35,149 nt of DNA, from the NCBI GenBank assembly GCA_964553535.1, contig CAZKLK010000003.1:1-35149 (forward strand). Reading direction: 5' to 3'. Source of the stretch: an uncultured Nitrospiraceae bacterium. GTDB lineage: Bacteria > Nitrospirota > Thermodesulfovibrionia > Thermodesulfovibrionales > SM23-35. Under the pieces are notes generated by a model. It had not been told where the DNA came from and ran no database searches. It worked only from the letters and a program-made list of their open reading frames with translations. Position numbers and translations under genes: made by a program. Below, piece after piece: positions 1 to 7,829 of the stretch (positions within the stretch are counted from its first letter, which is position 1; every line of letters starts with the position of its first letter).

Positions 1-1
1 G

Positions 2-742
2 GTCGGGTTTCCGAACTCCGGCAAATCTTCATTGCTCGCATGTCTTACCAATGCCAATCCGGTTATTGCAGATTACCCAATCTCTACGCTTTTCCCTTTG
101 CCTGGCATGATGCCTTTCGAAGATATTCAATTTCAACTTGTAGATCTCCCTCCTATTGGAAATGAATCCACGGATGGGTGGGTATCAGGCATACTGCGGT
201 ATGCCGACATCCTGTTACTTGTCATTGATTTGACAGAAGACCCTGACATCCAGGCAGAACTTATCATTGATCAGCTCAACAGATGGAATATCCATCTGAC
301 AACAAAAACAGAAATCCAGAAATCATTGGGCAGAGAATCTGCTGCAGTATTTAAAAGAACTCTTATTGCTGCAAACAAAATTGACCGGGTAATGTCTGAG
401 GATGTTTTTCCGGAACTATCAAAAAAATATGGATTTATCTGCCGGTGTATTGCAGTTTCAGCAAGGGAAAAAGAAAATCTTGAGGAACTGAAAAGAGCTC
501 TTTTTGAAGTTTCAGATATTTTAAGGATTTACTCCAAGCCACCCGGGAAAGAAGCTGATTTGTCAACTCCGTTTGCCATGCCAAAAGGCTCCACAATAAT
601 TGATCTTGCAAGCTTTGTTCATAAGGATTTTCTCTCAAATCTGAAGTATGCGCGAGTATGGGGTTCTGCAAGGTTCGATGGGCAAAAAGTAGAAAAAAAT
701 TATGTTCTCAAGGACAGGGATGTAGTTGAACTGAATATATGA
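2..742 (+). CDS. Obg/DRG-family GTPase with C-terminal TGS-like domain (5'-truncated at window edge)
   Basis: The track ORF 32..742 stays open in the same frame back to nt 2, reading VGFPNSGKSSLL (P-loop G1). AANKID supplies the G4 NKxD motif. The C-terminal ~75 aa (RIYSKPPGK...DRDVVELNI) look like a TGS domain. Confidence 0.75.
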   Translation, partial: VGFPNSGKSSLLACLTNANPVIADYPISTLFPLPGMMPFEDIQFQLVDLPPIGNESTDGWVSGILRYADILLLVIDLTEDPDIQAELIIDQLNRWNIHLTTKTEIQKSLGRESAAVFKRTLIAANKIDRVMSEDVFPELSKKYGFICRCIAVSAREKENLEELKRALFEVSDILRIYSKPPGKEADLSTPFAMPKGSTIIDLASFVHKDFLSNLKYARVWGSARFDGQKVEKNYVLKDRDVVELNI

Positions 743-770
743 GAGCCACCTATATTTGTCATGAAAAATA

Positions 771-810
771 ATAATTAATAATAACTAATAATAAGCAATA
801 TTAAGCAATA
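771..810. repeat. Four tandem degenerate 10-bp units (ATAATTAATA / ATAACTAATA / ATAAGCAATA / TTAAGCAATA) inside a ~155-bp AT-rich spacer
   Basis: Read directly from the sequence. The period is 10 bp, about one helical turn, and the repeats lie 25 bp upstream of a TTGACA hexamer. Confidence 0.7.
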
Positions 811-834
811 ACTTTAATTAACATTAATTTTTAC

Positions 835-863
835 TTGACAATAAAAAATAATTCTGATATTTA
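835..863 (+). promoter_or_regulatory. sigma70-type promoter candidate with extended -10
   Basis: TTGACA (835-840), a 17-nt spacer ending in TGa, then TATTTA (858-863). It sits ~35 nt upstream of the ATG at 898. Confidence 0.5.
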
Positions 864-897
864 ATTAACCATTGGCAATAAGCGCTTTTAAATATTA

Positions 898-1104
898 ATG
901 AACATAAATAGTGCTAAAAATCGAGTGAAAGAACTCAGAGAACTCAATGCATGGAGTATCGCCGAACTTGCGAGAAAAGCAGAAGTTGTTCCTCAAACCG
1001 TTTCAAAGATGGAGAGAGGGATTGCTACGAGCAGGAATTCCAAGCTGAAAGTTGCAAAAGCACTTGAGAAGAAGTTCGAAGAGGTTTTTCCCTTTGATGA
1101 ATAG
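898..1104 (+). CDS. XRE/Cro-CI family helix-turn-helix transcriptional regulator (68 aa)
   Basis: WSIAELARKAEVVPQTVSKMERG has the typical HTH_3 helix-turn-helix pattern. The protein is small and single-domain. Confidence 0.75.
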   Translation: MNINSAKNRVKELRELNAWSIAELARKAEVVPQTVSKMERGIATSRNSKLKVAKALEKKFEEVFPFDE

Positions 1105-1107
1105 GAA

Positions 1108-1136
1108 TTGTCACAATATTTTCCCCCTGTTATTCG
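1108..1136 (+). promoter_or_regulatory. Weak sigma70-type promoter candidate upstream of the first EBP gene
   Basis: TTGTCA (1108-1113), a 17-nt spacer ending in TGt, then TATTCG (1131-1136). The architecture matches the 835 candidate, but the -10 hexamer is poor. Confidence 0.25.
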
Positions 1137-1196
1137 TTTTTAAGCAGGGTGATCGTTTAAACCTGTCAGCACATCAGGGAAAGGTCTTTCTCTGAA

Positions 1197-2561
1197 ATGG
1201 GCACAAGTGAAATAAGCGTGAAAGAAAATACATCTGCCCTTGCAACAATTGGCTTAATAGCCACAGGGGATGGTTCACCGAATAAAAAAGAACCGGACAT
1301 GATATCAGATTTTGCGAGGGAGGTACAAAACCTTATTTCAAGTTCAGGAGGAATATTGTCAAGACTTTATGAGGAACCTCAAATTCTACACTCGGCCAGC
1401 GCAACATACCTTGAATCCCTAAGAAAAGATCTGAGTCAGATGGAAAATTTAATAGCTCAGTTCCTCGAGTTCTCGAAAGTTGGAGACGGAGAATGCGGGA
1501 CGATTGGAAAAGAGAATATCCTGCTGAAGAAAAGATTCAAGAAGAATAATTTTAAGGGAATCATTGGTGATTCATCAATAATGCAAAGCTTATATGAAAT
1601 GGTCGAAAAAGTTTCGGATACTGATACAACCATTCTCATAACAGGAGAGAGCGGGACGGGTAAGGAACTCATAGCAAAAAATATACATATCACCGGCAGA
1701 CGCGCTCAGGGTGCTTTTGTTCCATTGAATTGCGCTGCTATACCAAAGGATCTCCTTGAATCGGAACTATTTGGCCATGAGAAGGGGGCTTTTACCGGGG
1801 CACTCAACATGAGAGTAGGTCGTTTTGAACTTGCTCATGGGGGGACTTTGTTCCTTGACGAAGTCGGAGAATTAGAACCGTCTCTGCAGGTTAAACTGCT
1901 AAGAGTTCTCCAGGAACGTGAATTTGAGCGCGTAGGAGGCGTTAAGACAATAAAAGTAGATGTAAGAATTCTTGCTGCGACCAATAAGGACCTCGAACAG
2001 GCAATAAGGGATAACAGGTTCAGAGAGGATTTGTACTATCGACTTAATGTAATACCCCTCTCTATTCCGCCTCTCAGGGATAGGACTGAAGACATCCCGC
2101 TTCTCATCGATTATTTTAACCGTAAATATGCTTACAGTCGCGGGCGTGAGCCCCTCAAGTTTACACCTGATGCAATGAAATGCCTCATGAAATTTAGCTG
2201 GCCCGGCAATGTAAGGGAACTGGAGAATCTTGTCGAGAGATTGGTAATCCTTACAAGCGGCGCTTTTGTTAAAACTGCAGACCTGCCCGAGAAATTCAGT
2301 CAATATGCAGATTCCAAAAAACTATTAATTGCCGAGGCCCCCGAGTTGCATGATATTGCCATCCCGGAATTCGGCATAGATATCAATGCAATGGTGGGCA
2401 ACATGGAGAGGAATCTTATCCTCAAGTCCCTTGAAAAAACGGGATGGGTCAAAAACAGGGCAGCTAAACTGCTGGGTCTGAACAGAACTACACTCATTGA
2501 AAAGATGAAAAAAATGGGGATCGATCTCCAGAAAACAGTAACAAACACGCCAAATTATTAG
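1197..2561 (+). CDS. sigma54-dependent transcriptional activator (AAA+ EBP with Fis-type HTH) lacking a receiver domain
   Basis: Walker A GESGTGKE, the sigma54-contact loop GAFTGA, Walker B LFLDEVGE, the arginine-finger region, and a C-terminal HTH (RAAKLLGLNRTTLIEKMKKMGI). The N-terminal ~125 aa show no REC signature. Confidence 0.9.
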   Translation: MGTSEISVKENTSALATIGLIATGDGSPNKKEPDMISDFAREVQNLISSSGGILSRLYEEPQILHSASATYLESLRKDLSQMENLIAQFLEFSKVGDGECGTIGKENILLKKRFKKNNFKGIIGDSSIMQSLYEMVEKVSDTDTTILITGESGTGKELIAKNIHITGRRAQGAFVPLNCAAIPKDLLESELFGHEKGAFTGALNMRVGRFELAHGGTLFLDEVGELEPSLQVKLLRVLQEREFERVGGVKTIKVDVRILAATNKDLEQAIRDNRFREDLYYRLNVIPLSIPPLRDRTEDIPLLIDYFNRKYAYSRGREPLKFTPDAMKCLMKFSWPGNVRELENLVERLVILTSGAFVKTADLPEKFSQYADSKKLLIAEAPELHDIAIPEFGIDINAMVGNMERNLILKSLEKTGWVKNRAAKLLGLNRTTLIEKMKKMGIDLQKTVTNTPNY

Positions 2562-2562
2562 A

Positions 2563-2582
2563 CATGTCAGATAACTGACATG
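2563..2582. promoter_or_regulatory. Perfect 8-bp inverted repeat CATGTCAG-ATAA-CTGACATG
   Basis: Read directly. It begins 2 nt after the EBP stop codon, has no T-tract after it, and lies ~45 nt upstream of the sigma54-like element at 2625. Confidence 0.5.
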
Positions 2583-2624
2583 GCCGCAATCCTGAATATC
2601 TTTTAGAATCAATAAATTATGTAT

Positions 2625-2639
2625 AGGCATGGTTGTTGC
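2625..2639 (+). promoter_or_regulatory. sigma54 -24/-12 promoter candidate (AGGCAT-GGTTG-TTGC)
   Basis: Matches TGGCAC-N5-TTGC in GG, CA, spacing and TTGC. It sits directly upstream of the TPR gene. Confidence 0.6.
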
Positions 2640-2646
2640 TTAGAGC

Positions 2647-4452
2647 GTGTTTATGACAAAGGTGTTACTTGCGTTTCTAATCCTGTTCACCTCGTCTGCT
2701 TACGGGGTTGAAAAAACCGTTTATCATCCACTCGAAAAAGCGAAAGAATATATTGATGCAAACAAGCCTGCAGATGCAATAAAGGTGTTGTCTGCATATT
2801 CCCCCCCGGTCGACGAACTCCCCCTGTACCACCAGTATTATGCCAGGGCCTACGAGTTGTCCAAAAGGAGATTTGATGCTATTGCACATCTCCGATTGGC
2901 ATATCTTTATTCCCCTAAGGGAACGATGAAGGAACTACTGCTGATCGAGAGGGCTGAGGCCTATTATCATATGGGGTTTTATGATGAGGCTGCTATAAGT
3001 TTCAGAATAGCTCTCAGACAATTCCCGGGTTCTGATTCTGCTAATAGGGCGTATCTGGGTCTCGGGGATTCCCTTTACAAGCTTGGCGACTATAGCGAAT
3101 CAAAAGCGTTTTATGAAAAAGCAGGCACCTCGTCGCGTGCTCTCACCGGGATAGCAAATGCTCTAAACGCAATGGGAAGATATCATGATGCATATTTCTT
3201 GTATCAAGAGATAATCATAAAAGAAAGAGGATATCTCCAGTCTTCACAGGAGACACTTTATAGAATTGGCGAGAACTTCATGGAGAACGGGGAATTTTCA
3301 AATGCAAAATTCTATCTGATGTCTGTTACTGATCGCTCCCTGAAATACAAAGCCGCTTTTCTGCTCGGCAGGATTGCATTGCAGGAATCGCAAACAAATG
3401 ATGCTGTCAAATATTTCAATCAGGCATTACTGTCACCGGAGAGATACATCAAGCGTCTGGCGCTTCTTTCCATCGCTGACGTGTACATAAAACTCGGGAA
3501 ACAAGGGGAAGCAAAGTCCAGGCTTCTGGAGGTGCGGAATAAATACCCATACGGGAAAGCATATGATAAGGCTCTGCTTACGCTGTTCCGGTTATACAAA
3601 AAGGAAGGGAATGCTCATGAAGCGGGAGCCATAATAAAGGAACTTGTTTTGAGACGGTTTCCCGAACCGGAAGCCCTTGACGAATTCGAAAGTATGGTTC
3701 TCGAGGCAAAGGAACAAAACAAGCATGAATTCCTGAGACTCTGGAGGGCGGGGGGATATTCATTGCTTGACCCCGGGCGTTCTGATACGCTCTTGAAGAT
3801 TGCTGCCGGATTACGGGATTCCGGGAAACCATTCCTTGATCTGTGCACATGGCTTTCACAATACGGTATGGGCGATTCGGCAGTGCAGAGCCGTCTTTTC
3901 CTTGCAGATATCTATGCGGATTTAGGCGATGTGGGGAATGCTTCAAGGCATCTGCAAAAAATAAAGGGCGCTAGTGATGAGATAACCCGGATTAAGGCAA
4001 AAGTAATCTACACTAACAAAGATTATCCGCGCGCACTTGAGGCAATTCTCTCGATCAAGGATATAAGGCCGGAAGATATTTTGCTCCTTTCCCATCTGTC
4101 GCAGTTGATACCGGATAACCGGAGGGCACTCGATTTCTATGAGAGAGGATTGATCGTGTCGGATTCCTACCCAAGGACATACGTCCGTTTCGCAGATATA
4201 CTCTATGACGGAGGCAGAAAAACGGAAGCGCTGCAATATTATAAGACGGCTGTTTTGTTGCATCAGAAAGGGAAGGAACTCGCACGAAGTGAACTCGAAT
4301 GGTCTCTTTACAGAATTTCAATGCTTGCCCGGGATGAAGAATCTGCTGATGCGCTGAAGAGCATGCAAACAGGGAATGGGATATTCAGCAGGTTTTCAGT
4401 GATCGGACTCAAAGAGTCGAACATAACCAGAATGATGAAAAGGATGTTTTAA
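2647..4452 (+). CDS. Secreted/periplasmic tetratricopeptide (TPR) repeat protein
   Basis: N-terminal signal peptide (KVLLAFLILFTSSAYG|VEK). At least 10 TPR-like 34-aa units, e.g. AEAYYHMGFYDEAAISFRIALRQFPGS and AYLGLGDSLYKLGDYSESKAFYEKA. An ATG at 2653 is an alternative start. Confidence 0.8.
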   Translation: MFMTKVLLAFLILFTSSAYGVEKTVYHPLEKAKEYIDANKPADAIKVLSAYSPPVDELPLYHQYYARAYELSKRRFDAIAHLRLAYLYSPKGTMKELLLIERAEAYYHMGFYDEAAISFRIALRQFPGSDSANRAYLGLGDSLYKLGDYSESKAFYEKAGTSSRALTGIANALNAMGRYHDAYFLYQEIIIKERGYLQSSQETLYRIGENFMENGEFSNAKFYLMSVTDRSLKYKAAFLLGRIALQESQTNDAVKYFNQALLSPERYIKRLALLSIADVYIKLGKQGEAKSRLLEVRNKYPYGKAYDKALLTLFRLYKKEGNAHEAGAIIKELVLRRFPEPEALDEFESMVLEAKEQNKHEFLRLWRAGGYSLLDPGRSDTLLKIAAGLRDSGKPFLDLCTWLSQYGMGDSAVQSRLFLADIYADLGDVGNASRHLQKIKGASDEITRIKAKVIYTNKDYPRALEAILSIKDIRPEDILLLSHLSQLIPDNRRALDFYERGLIVSDSYPRTYVRFADILYDGGRKTEALQYYKTAVLLHQKGKELARSELEWSLYRISMLARDEESADALKSMQTGNGIFSRFSVIGLKESNITRMMKRMF

Positions 4453-5612
4453 TGTCTGTCAAACTGCTCAATGAAGCGTTTCAGCATTTTACAGATGCAT
4501 CAAAGAGTCTTGAGACATATTATTTGACACTGCAGGAAAACGTTGAGCATCTCGCGAGCGAACTGGAAAAGGCCAACAATGAACTGAAAAGAGCCTTGTC
4601 AGAAGCAGAGAGAAATAAAGATTACCTCAACGCGGTGCTCCAGAGTCTTGAGGAAGCAATCATAACAGTCGACTCAAATGACAAAATAACGGTCATGAAT
4701 AAATCTGCGGAAGATCTTTTCGGAGTGCATCTCAGGACCGCTTTGGGCATGCCTTTCGATGATCTTGAATGTTCAATCGGAAGTGAAGAATCTGAAACAA
4801 TACTCTCTGTCAACGGCAGGAGGTACTCCATTATTCTCTCCCGTTCACCAATAGTTGATGTAAATAATAACTTGAGGGGAACGGTAATCCTGATTAAGGA
4901 TGTAACCCGGCTTAAGGAACTGGAGATACAGCAGGAAAGAAATCAGCGACTGATCGCCATGGGTGAGATGGCAGCGAAGATCGTTCACGAGATACGAAAC
5001 CCCCTCTGCAGCATGGAATTATTCGCCAGCATGCTCGCAGGGGAGCTTGACAGGGAATCCCACAAAGAACTTGCGGGAGGCATTTCGATTGGCATAAGCA
5101 ATCTCAACAATATACTGAAAAATATGCTCTTCTTCGCAAGGCCACATAAACCATCAATGCAATGGATACAAATCGGGAGAGTAGTGGATGACTCGGTCAG
5201 GATTTTTGTTCCGCTTATGGAAACCCGAAGGGTTAAAGTGGAAAATTCAGCTACGAGCCATGAAATTTTCGGCGATTCAGAGCTTCTGAAGCAGGTCATA
5301 ATCAACATAATCAGTAACGCCATTCAGTCGATGACGGACGGCGGCAAGGTGGTCATTAAAACAAGGCGTGAGCCGCAATTTGTTGTGGTTGATATTTGTG
5401 ATAGCGGGGAAGGAATACTCCATGATGACATGGAGAAGATTTTTAATCCGTTCTTCAGCCGAAAAGATACCGGTACAGGACTCGGGCTTACTATCGCTTC
5501 GACCATAATGCAGGCCCACGGGGGATATATCAAGGTAAGCAGCGAAAAAGGAAAGGGAAGCATATTCAGCTTGTATTTCCCCTCCCATAAGTGGATCAGG
5601 GATACGGGATGA
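4452..5612 (+). CDS. Soluble PAS-domain sensor histidine kinase (FlrB/FleS/FlgS-like)
   Basis: N-terminal coiled coil and a PAS-like segment (LEEAIITVDSNDKITVMNKSAEDLFG). H-box HEIRNPL, N-box IISNAIQS, G1 DSGEGI, G2 GTGLGL. No transmembrane segment. Its start overlaps the TPR stop (TAATG). Confidence 0.9.
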   Translation: MSVKLLNEAFQHFTDASKSLETYYLTLQENVEHLASELEKANNELKRALSEAERNKDYLNAVLQSLEEAIITVDSNDKITVMNKSAEDLFGVHLRTALGMPFDDLECSIGSEESETILSVNGRRYSIILSRSPIVDVNNNLRGTVILIKDVTRLKELEIQQERNQRLIAMGEMAAKIVHEIRNPLCSMELFASMLAGELDRESHKELAGGISIGISNLNNILKNMLFFARPHKPSMQWIQIGRVVDDSVRIFVPLMETRRVKVENSATSHEIFGDSELLKQVIINIISNAIQSMTDGGKVVIKTRREPQFVVVDICDSGEGILHDDMEKIFNPFFSRKDTGTGLGLTIASTIMQAHGGYIKVSSEKGKGSIFSLYFPSHKWIRDTG

Positions 5613-6898
5613 AACCGGTGCTTGTTGTGGATAATGATCCGCAGATGGGGGTGGCTCTTATGAATGCCATCCAGCGTTTGGGTTACGACGTAGTTGTGAG
5701 CAACAGCGGGCATGATGCTATGTCTAAACTGCACCAGTACAATTTCTCATTAGTTGTGACCGACATGAGGATGCCCAAGATGGATGGCTTAATGTTACTG
5801 AGGGAGATACGAAGAACCGTCGGAAACCTTCCTGTTATTGTCATAACAGGTTTTGGAACAATCGAGAATGCAGTGGAGGCTATGAAAGAAGGGGCGCAGG
5901 ATTACCTGATGAAACCCTTTTCATATGATATCCTCAAGAAAGCCATTGAGGCAACAATGATGAGAACAGAATATGGGAGGGAGATCCTCACTGCAAGCAC
6001 TGAGATGAAAAAGATTATCACTGTTGCAGGAAATCTTGCAGCCAGTGATATCACTGTACTCATCCAAGGGGAGAGCGGAACCGGCAAAGAGCTTCTTGCA
6101 CGTTATATCCATAGATTGAGCAGCAGGTCAAAAAGAGCTTTTATTGCAGTAAATTGTGCTGCCATACCTGATACGCTTCTCGAATCTGAACTTTTTGGTC
6201 ATGAGAAGGGATCATTCACCGGAGCAGTAGACAGGAAAATAGGCAAATTTGAACTCGCTCAGTCAGGAAGTATTCTTCTTGATGAGATTGGGGAAATGTC
6301 GATGATACTTCAGGCGAAACTCCTCAGGGTGCTGCAGGAGAGGGAAATAGACAGGGTCGGGGGAAGAGAGCCTATACCTGTAGATGTACGGATAATAGCG
6401 ACAACGAATAAAGATTTGCTCAAAGAGTGCAAGGAAGGTCGTTTCAGGGAAGATCTTTATTACAGGCTCAATGTTTTCCCCATTAAAGTCCCTCCCCTCA
6501 GGGAACGCCCGGGTGATATATCACTTCTTACAGAGCACTTTATCGAGAAGTTTTCCGGAATTTCAGGAAAAGCGATAAGGGGAATCACCTCCGGTGCATT
6601 CACCCATCTCAAGGGGAAACAATGGCGCGGTAATGTGAGGGAACTTGAAAATGTTATACAGAGAGCTGTATTCCTCTGCAAAGGTGCGGAGATAGAATCA
6701 GACGATCTTCTGCTGGAAGGCGAGAGTGCTACAGATGCAATAAGAGGGAAGATAAGGGATATGGAAAAGGAATTAATCCTGCAGACACTCAAAGATATGC
6801 ACGGGAACAAGTCAAAGGCCGCGAAGGTCCTTGGTGTAAGTGTCAGAACTATACGGAACAAACTGCATGAATATGGGAAAAATTTTCCTGCGGGATAA
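5609..6898 (+). CDS. NtrC-family sigma54-dependent response regulator (REC-AAA+-HTH; FlrC/FleR/FlgR-like)
   Basis: REC domain with DND and VVTDMRMPKMDG. AAA+ domain with GESGTGKE and GSFTGA. C-terminal HTH KAAKVLGVSVRTIRNKL. The ATG at 5609 forms an ATGA overlap with the kinase stop. The track ORF starts at a GTG at 5591. Confidence 0.9.
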   Translation: MKPVLVVDNDPQMGVALMNAIQRLGYDVVVSNSGHDAMSKLHQYNFSLVVTDMRMPKMDGLMLLREIRRTVGNLPVIVITGFGTIENAVEAMKEGAQDYLMKPFSYDILKKAIEATMMRTEYGREILTASTEMKKIITVAGNLAASDITVLIQGESGTGKELLARYIHRLSSRSKRAFIAVNCAAIPDTLLESELFGHEKGSFTGAVDRKIGKFELAQSGSILLDEIGEMSMILQAKLLRVLQEREIDRVGGREPIPVDVRIIATTNKDLLKECKEGRFREDLYYRLNVFPIKVPPLRERPGDISLLTEHFIEKFSGISGKAIRGITSGAFTHLKGKQWRGNVRELENVIQRAVFLCKGAEIESDDLLLEGESATDAIRGKIRDMEKELILQTLKDMHGNKSKAAKVLGVSVRTIRNKLHEYGKNFPAG

Positions 6899-7015
6899 AA
6901 GGCAGAATAATTTGAACTCATGGAAGGAGACGGGAAAACATCAGTAGGAACCGGATTTCCTCAATAATTTCAGGGACATAGTGTCTATTCTGGGCACAGT
7001 GAATATAGACGATAC

Positions 7016-7030
7016 TGGTATGATAATTGA
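7016..7030 (+). promoter_or_regulatory. sigma54 -24/-12 promoter candidate (TGGTAT-GATAA-TTGA)
   Basis: GG and TTG are at the correct spacing, 18 nt upstream of the flgB ATG. It shares the 10-mer TTGATAGAGG with the fliL candidate. Confidence 0.45.
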
Positions 7031-7047
7031 TAGAGGTGATGGTATAG

Positions 7048-7419
7048 ATGGGTGACGGATTTAATATCTTAGAGCGGCTTTTACAGGCAACAAAAATCAG
7101 GCATGGGGTAATCGTATCCAATATAGCCAATGCCGATACCCCCGACTACAAGGCAAAGGATGTAAGATTTGACAGGATGCTCAACAACGAAATCATTGAA
7201 CTGAAAAAGACCAGCCCTATGCATATTACGTCGCATCATTTTGGACAGTCAGGAAACACTGCGGTCGAGTCAACAAACCATTGGGGTGACAGAAACAATG
7301 TAGAGCTCGACATGGAGGTTGCCAAAATGACAGAGAATTCACTCCTGTACCAGGCGGCGATTCAAATGCTTTCAACAAAGATAAGAATGTTTAAAAATGC
7401 ATTGAGGAGGCAGGCATGA
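7048..7419 (+). CDS. flgB: Flagellar basal-body rod protein FlgB
   Basis: SNIANADTPDYKAKDV rod-protein N-terminal motif, ~120 aa, first gene of the rod / MS-ring block. Confidence 0.93.
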   Translation: MGDGFNILERLLQATKIRHGVIVSNIANADTPDYKAKDVRFDRMLNNEIIELKKTSPMHITSHHFGQSGNTAVESTNHWGDRNNVELDMEVAKMTENSLLYQAAIQMLSTKIRMFKNALRRQA

Positions 7420-7829
7420 ACGCTTTTGGCATATTTGAGGTGAGCGCATCAGCGCTCGAAGCGCAAAGACAGAGAATGAACGTGATAGCATCAAATATGG
7501 CGAATGTCCATTCAACAAGGACCGAGGAGGGTGGACCATACCGAAGAAAGGACGTGGTTTTTTCTGCCCTGACAGTAGCGTCAAATCCCGGGATGCTTGA
7601 AGGGGTCAAGGTGGCTGATATTACGATAGATGCCTCGCCGTTGAAGGCCGTTTACGACCCGGGACATCCGGATGCCGACAAAGAAGGCAACGTATCCATG
7701 CCTAACATTAATATCATTGAAGAAATGGTTAACATGATGATGGCCTACAGGGCATATGAAGCGTCGGTATCAGCTTTCGCCATGTCAAAGGCGATGTTCA
7801 TGAAGACCCTGGAACTGGGGAGGGTATAA
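7416..7829 (+). CDS. flgC: Flagellar basal-body rod protein FlgC
   Basis: ASALEAQRQRMNVIASNMANVHSTR and C-terminal EEMVNMMMAYRAYEA. ATGA overlap with flgB. Confidence 0.95.
   Translation: MNAFGIFEVSASALEAQRQRMNVIASNMANVHSTRTEEGGPYRRKDVVFSALTVASNPGMLEGVKVADITIDASPLKAVYDPGHPDADKEGNVSMPNINIIEEMVNMMMAYRAYEASVSAFAMSKAMFMKTLELGRV

Noticed and set aside
1105-1196. ATTGTcACAAT palindrome (1107-1117), a TGTCAC-N5-TTTC sigma54-like string, and a CCTGTCAGCACATCAGG weak dyad between the XRE gene and the first EBP gene.
   Set aside because: The sigma54-like string mismatches both invariant dinucleotides (GT for GG, TC for GC). The palindromes are short, single-copy and not repeated elsewhere in the window, so no call can be supported beyond the weak sigma70-type candidate listed.
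5078-5092. AGGCAT-TTCGA-TTGG match to the local sigma54 motif inside the histidine kinase gene.
   Set aside because: It is in mid-CDS with no start codon downstream. About one such match per strand is expected by chance in 35 kb. I kept it as a calibration of background frequency.
7132-7139. GCCGATAC inside flgB (codons for the NADTP motif).
   Set aside because: No TAAA at the correct -35 spacing. The sequence is dictated by the conserved ANADTP peptide.
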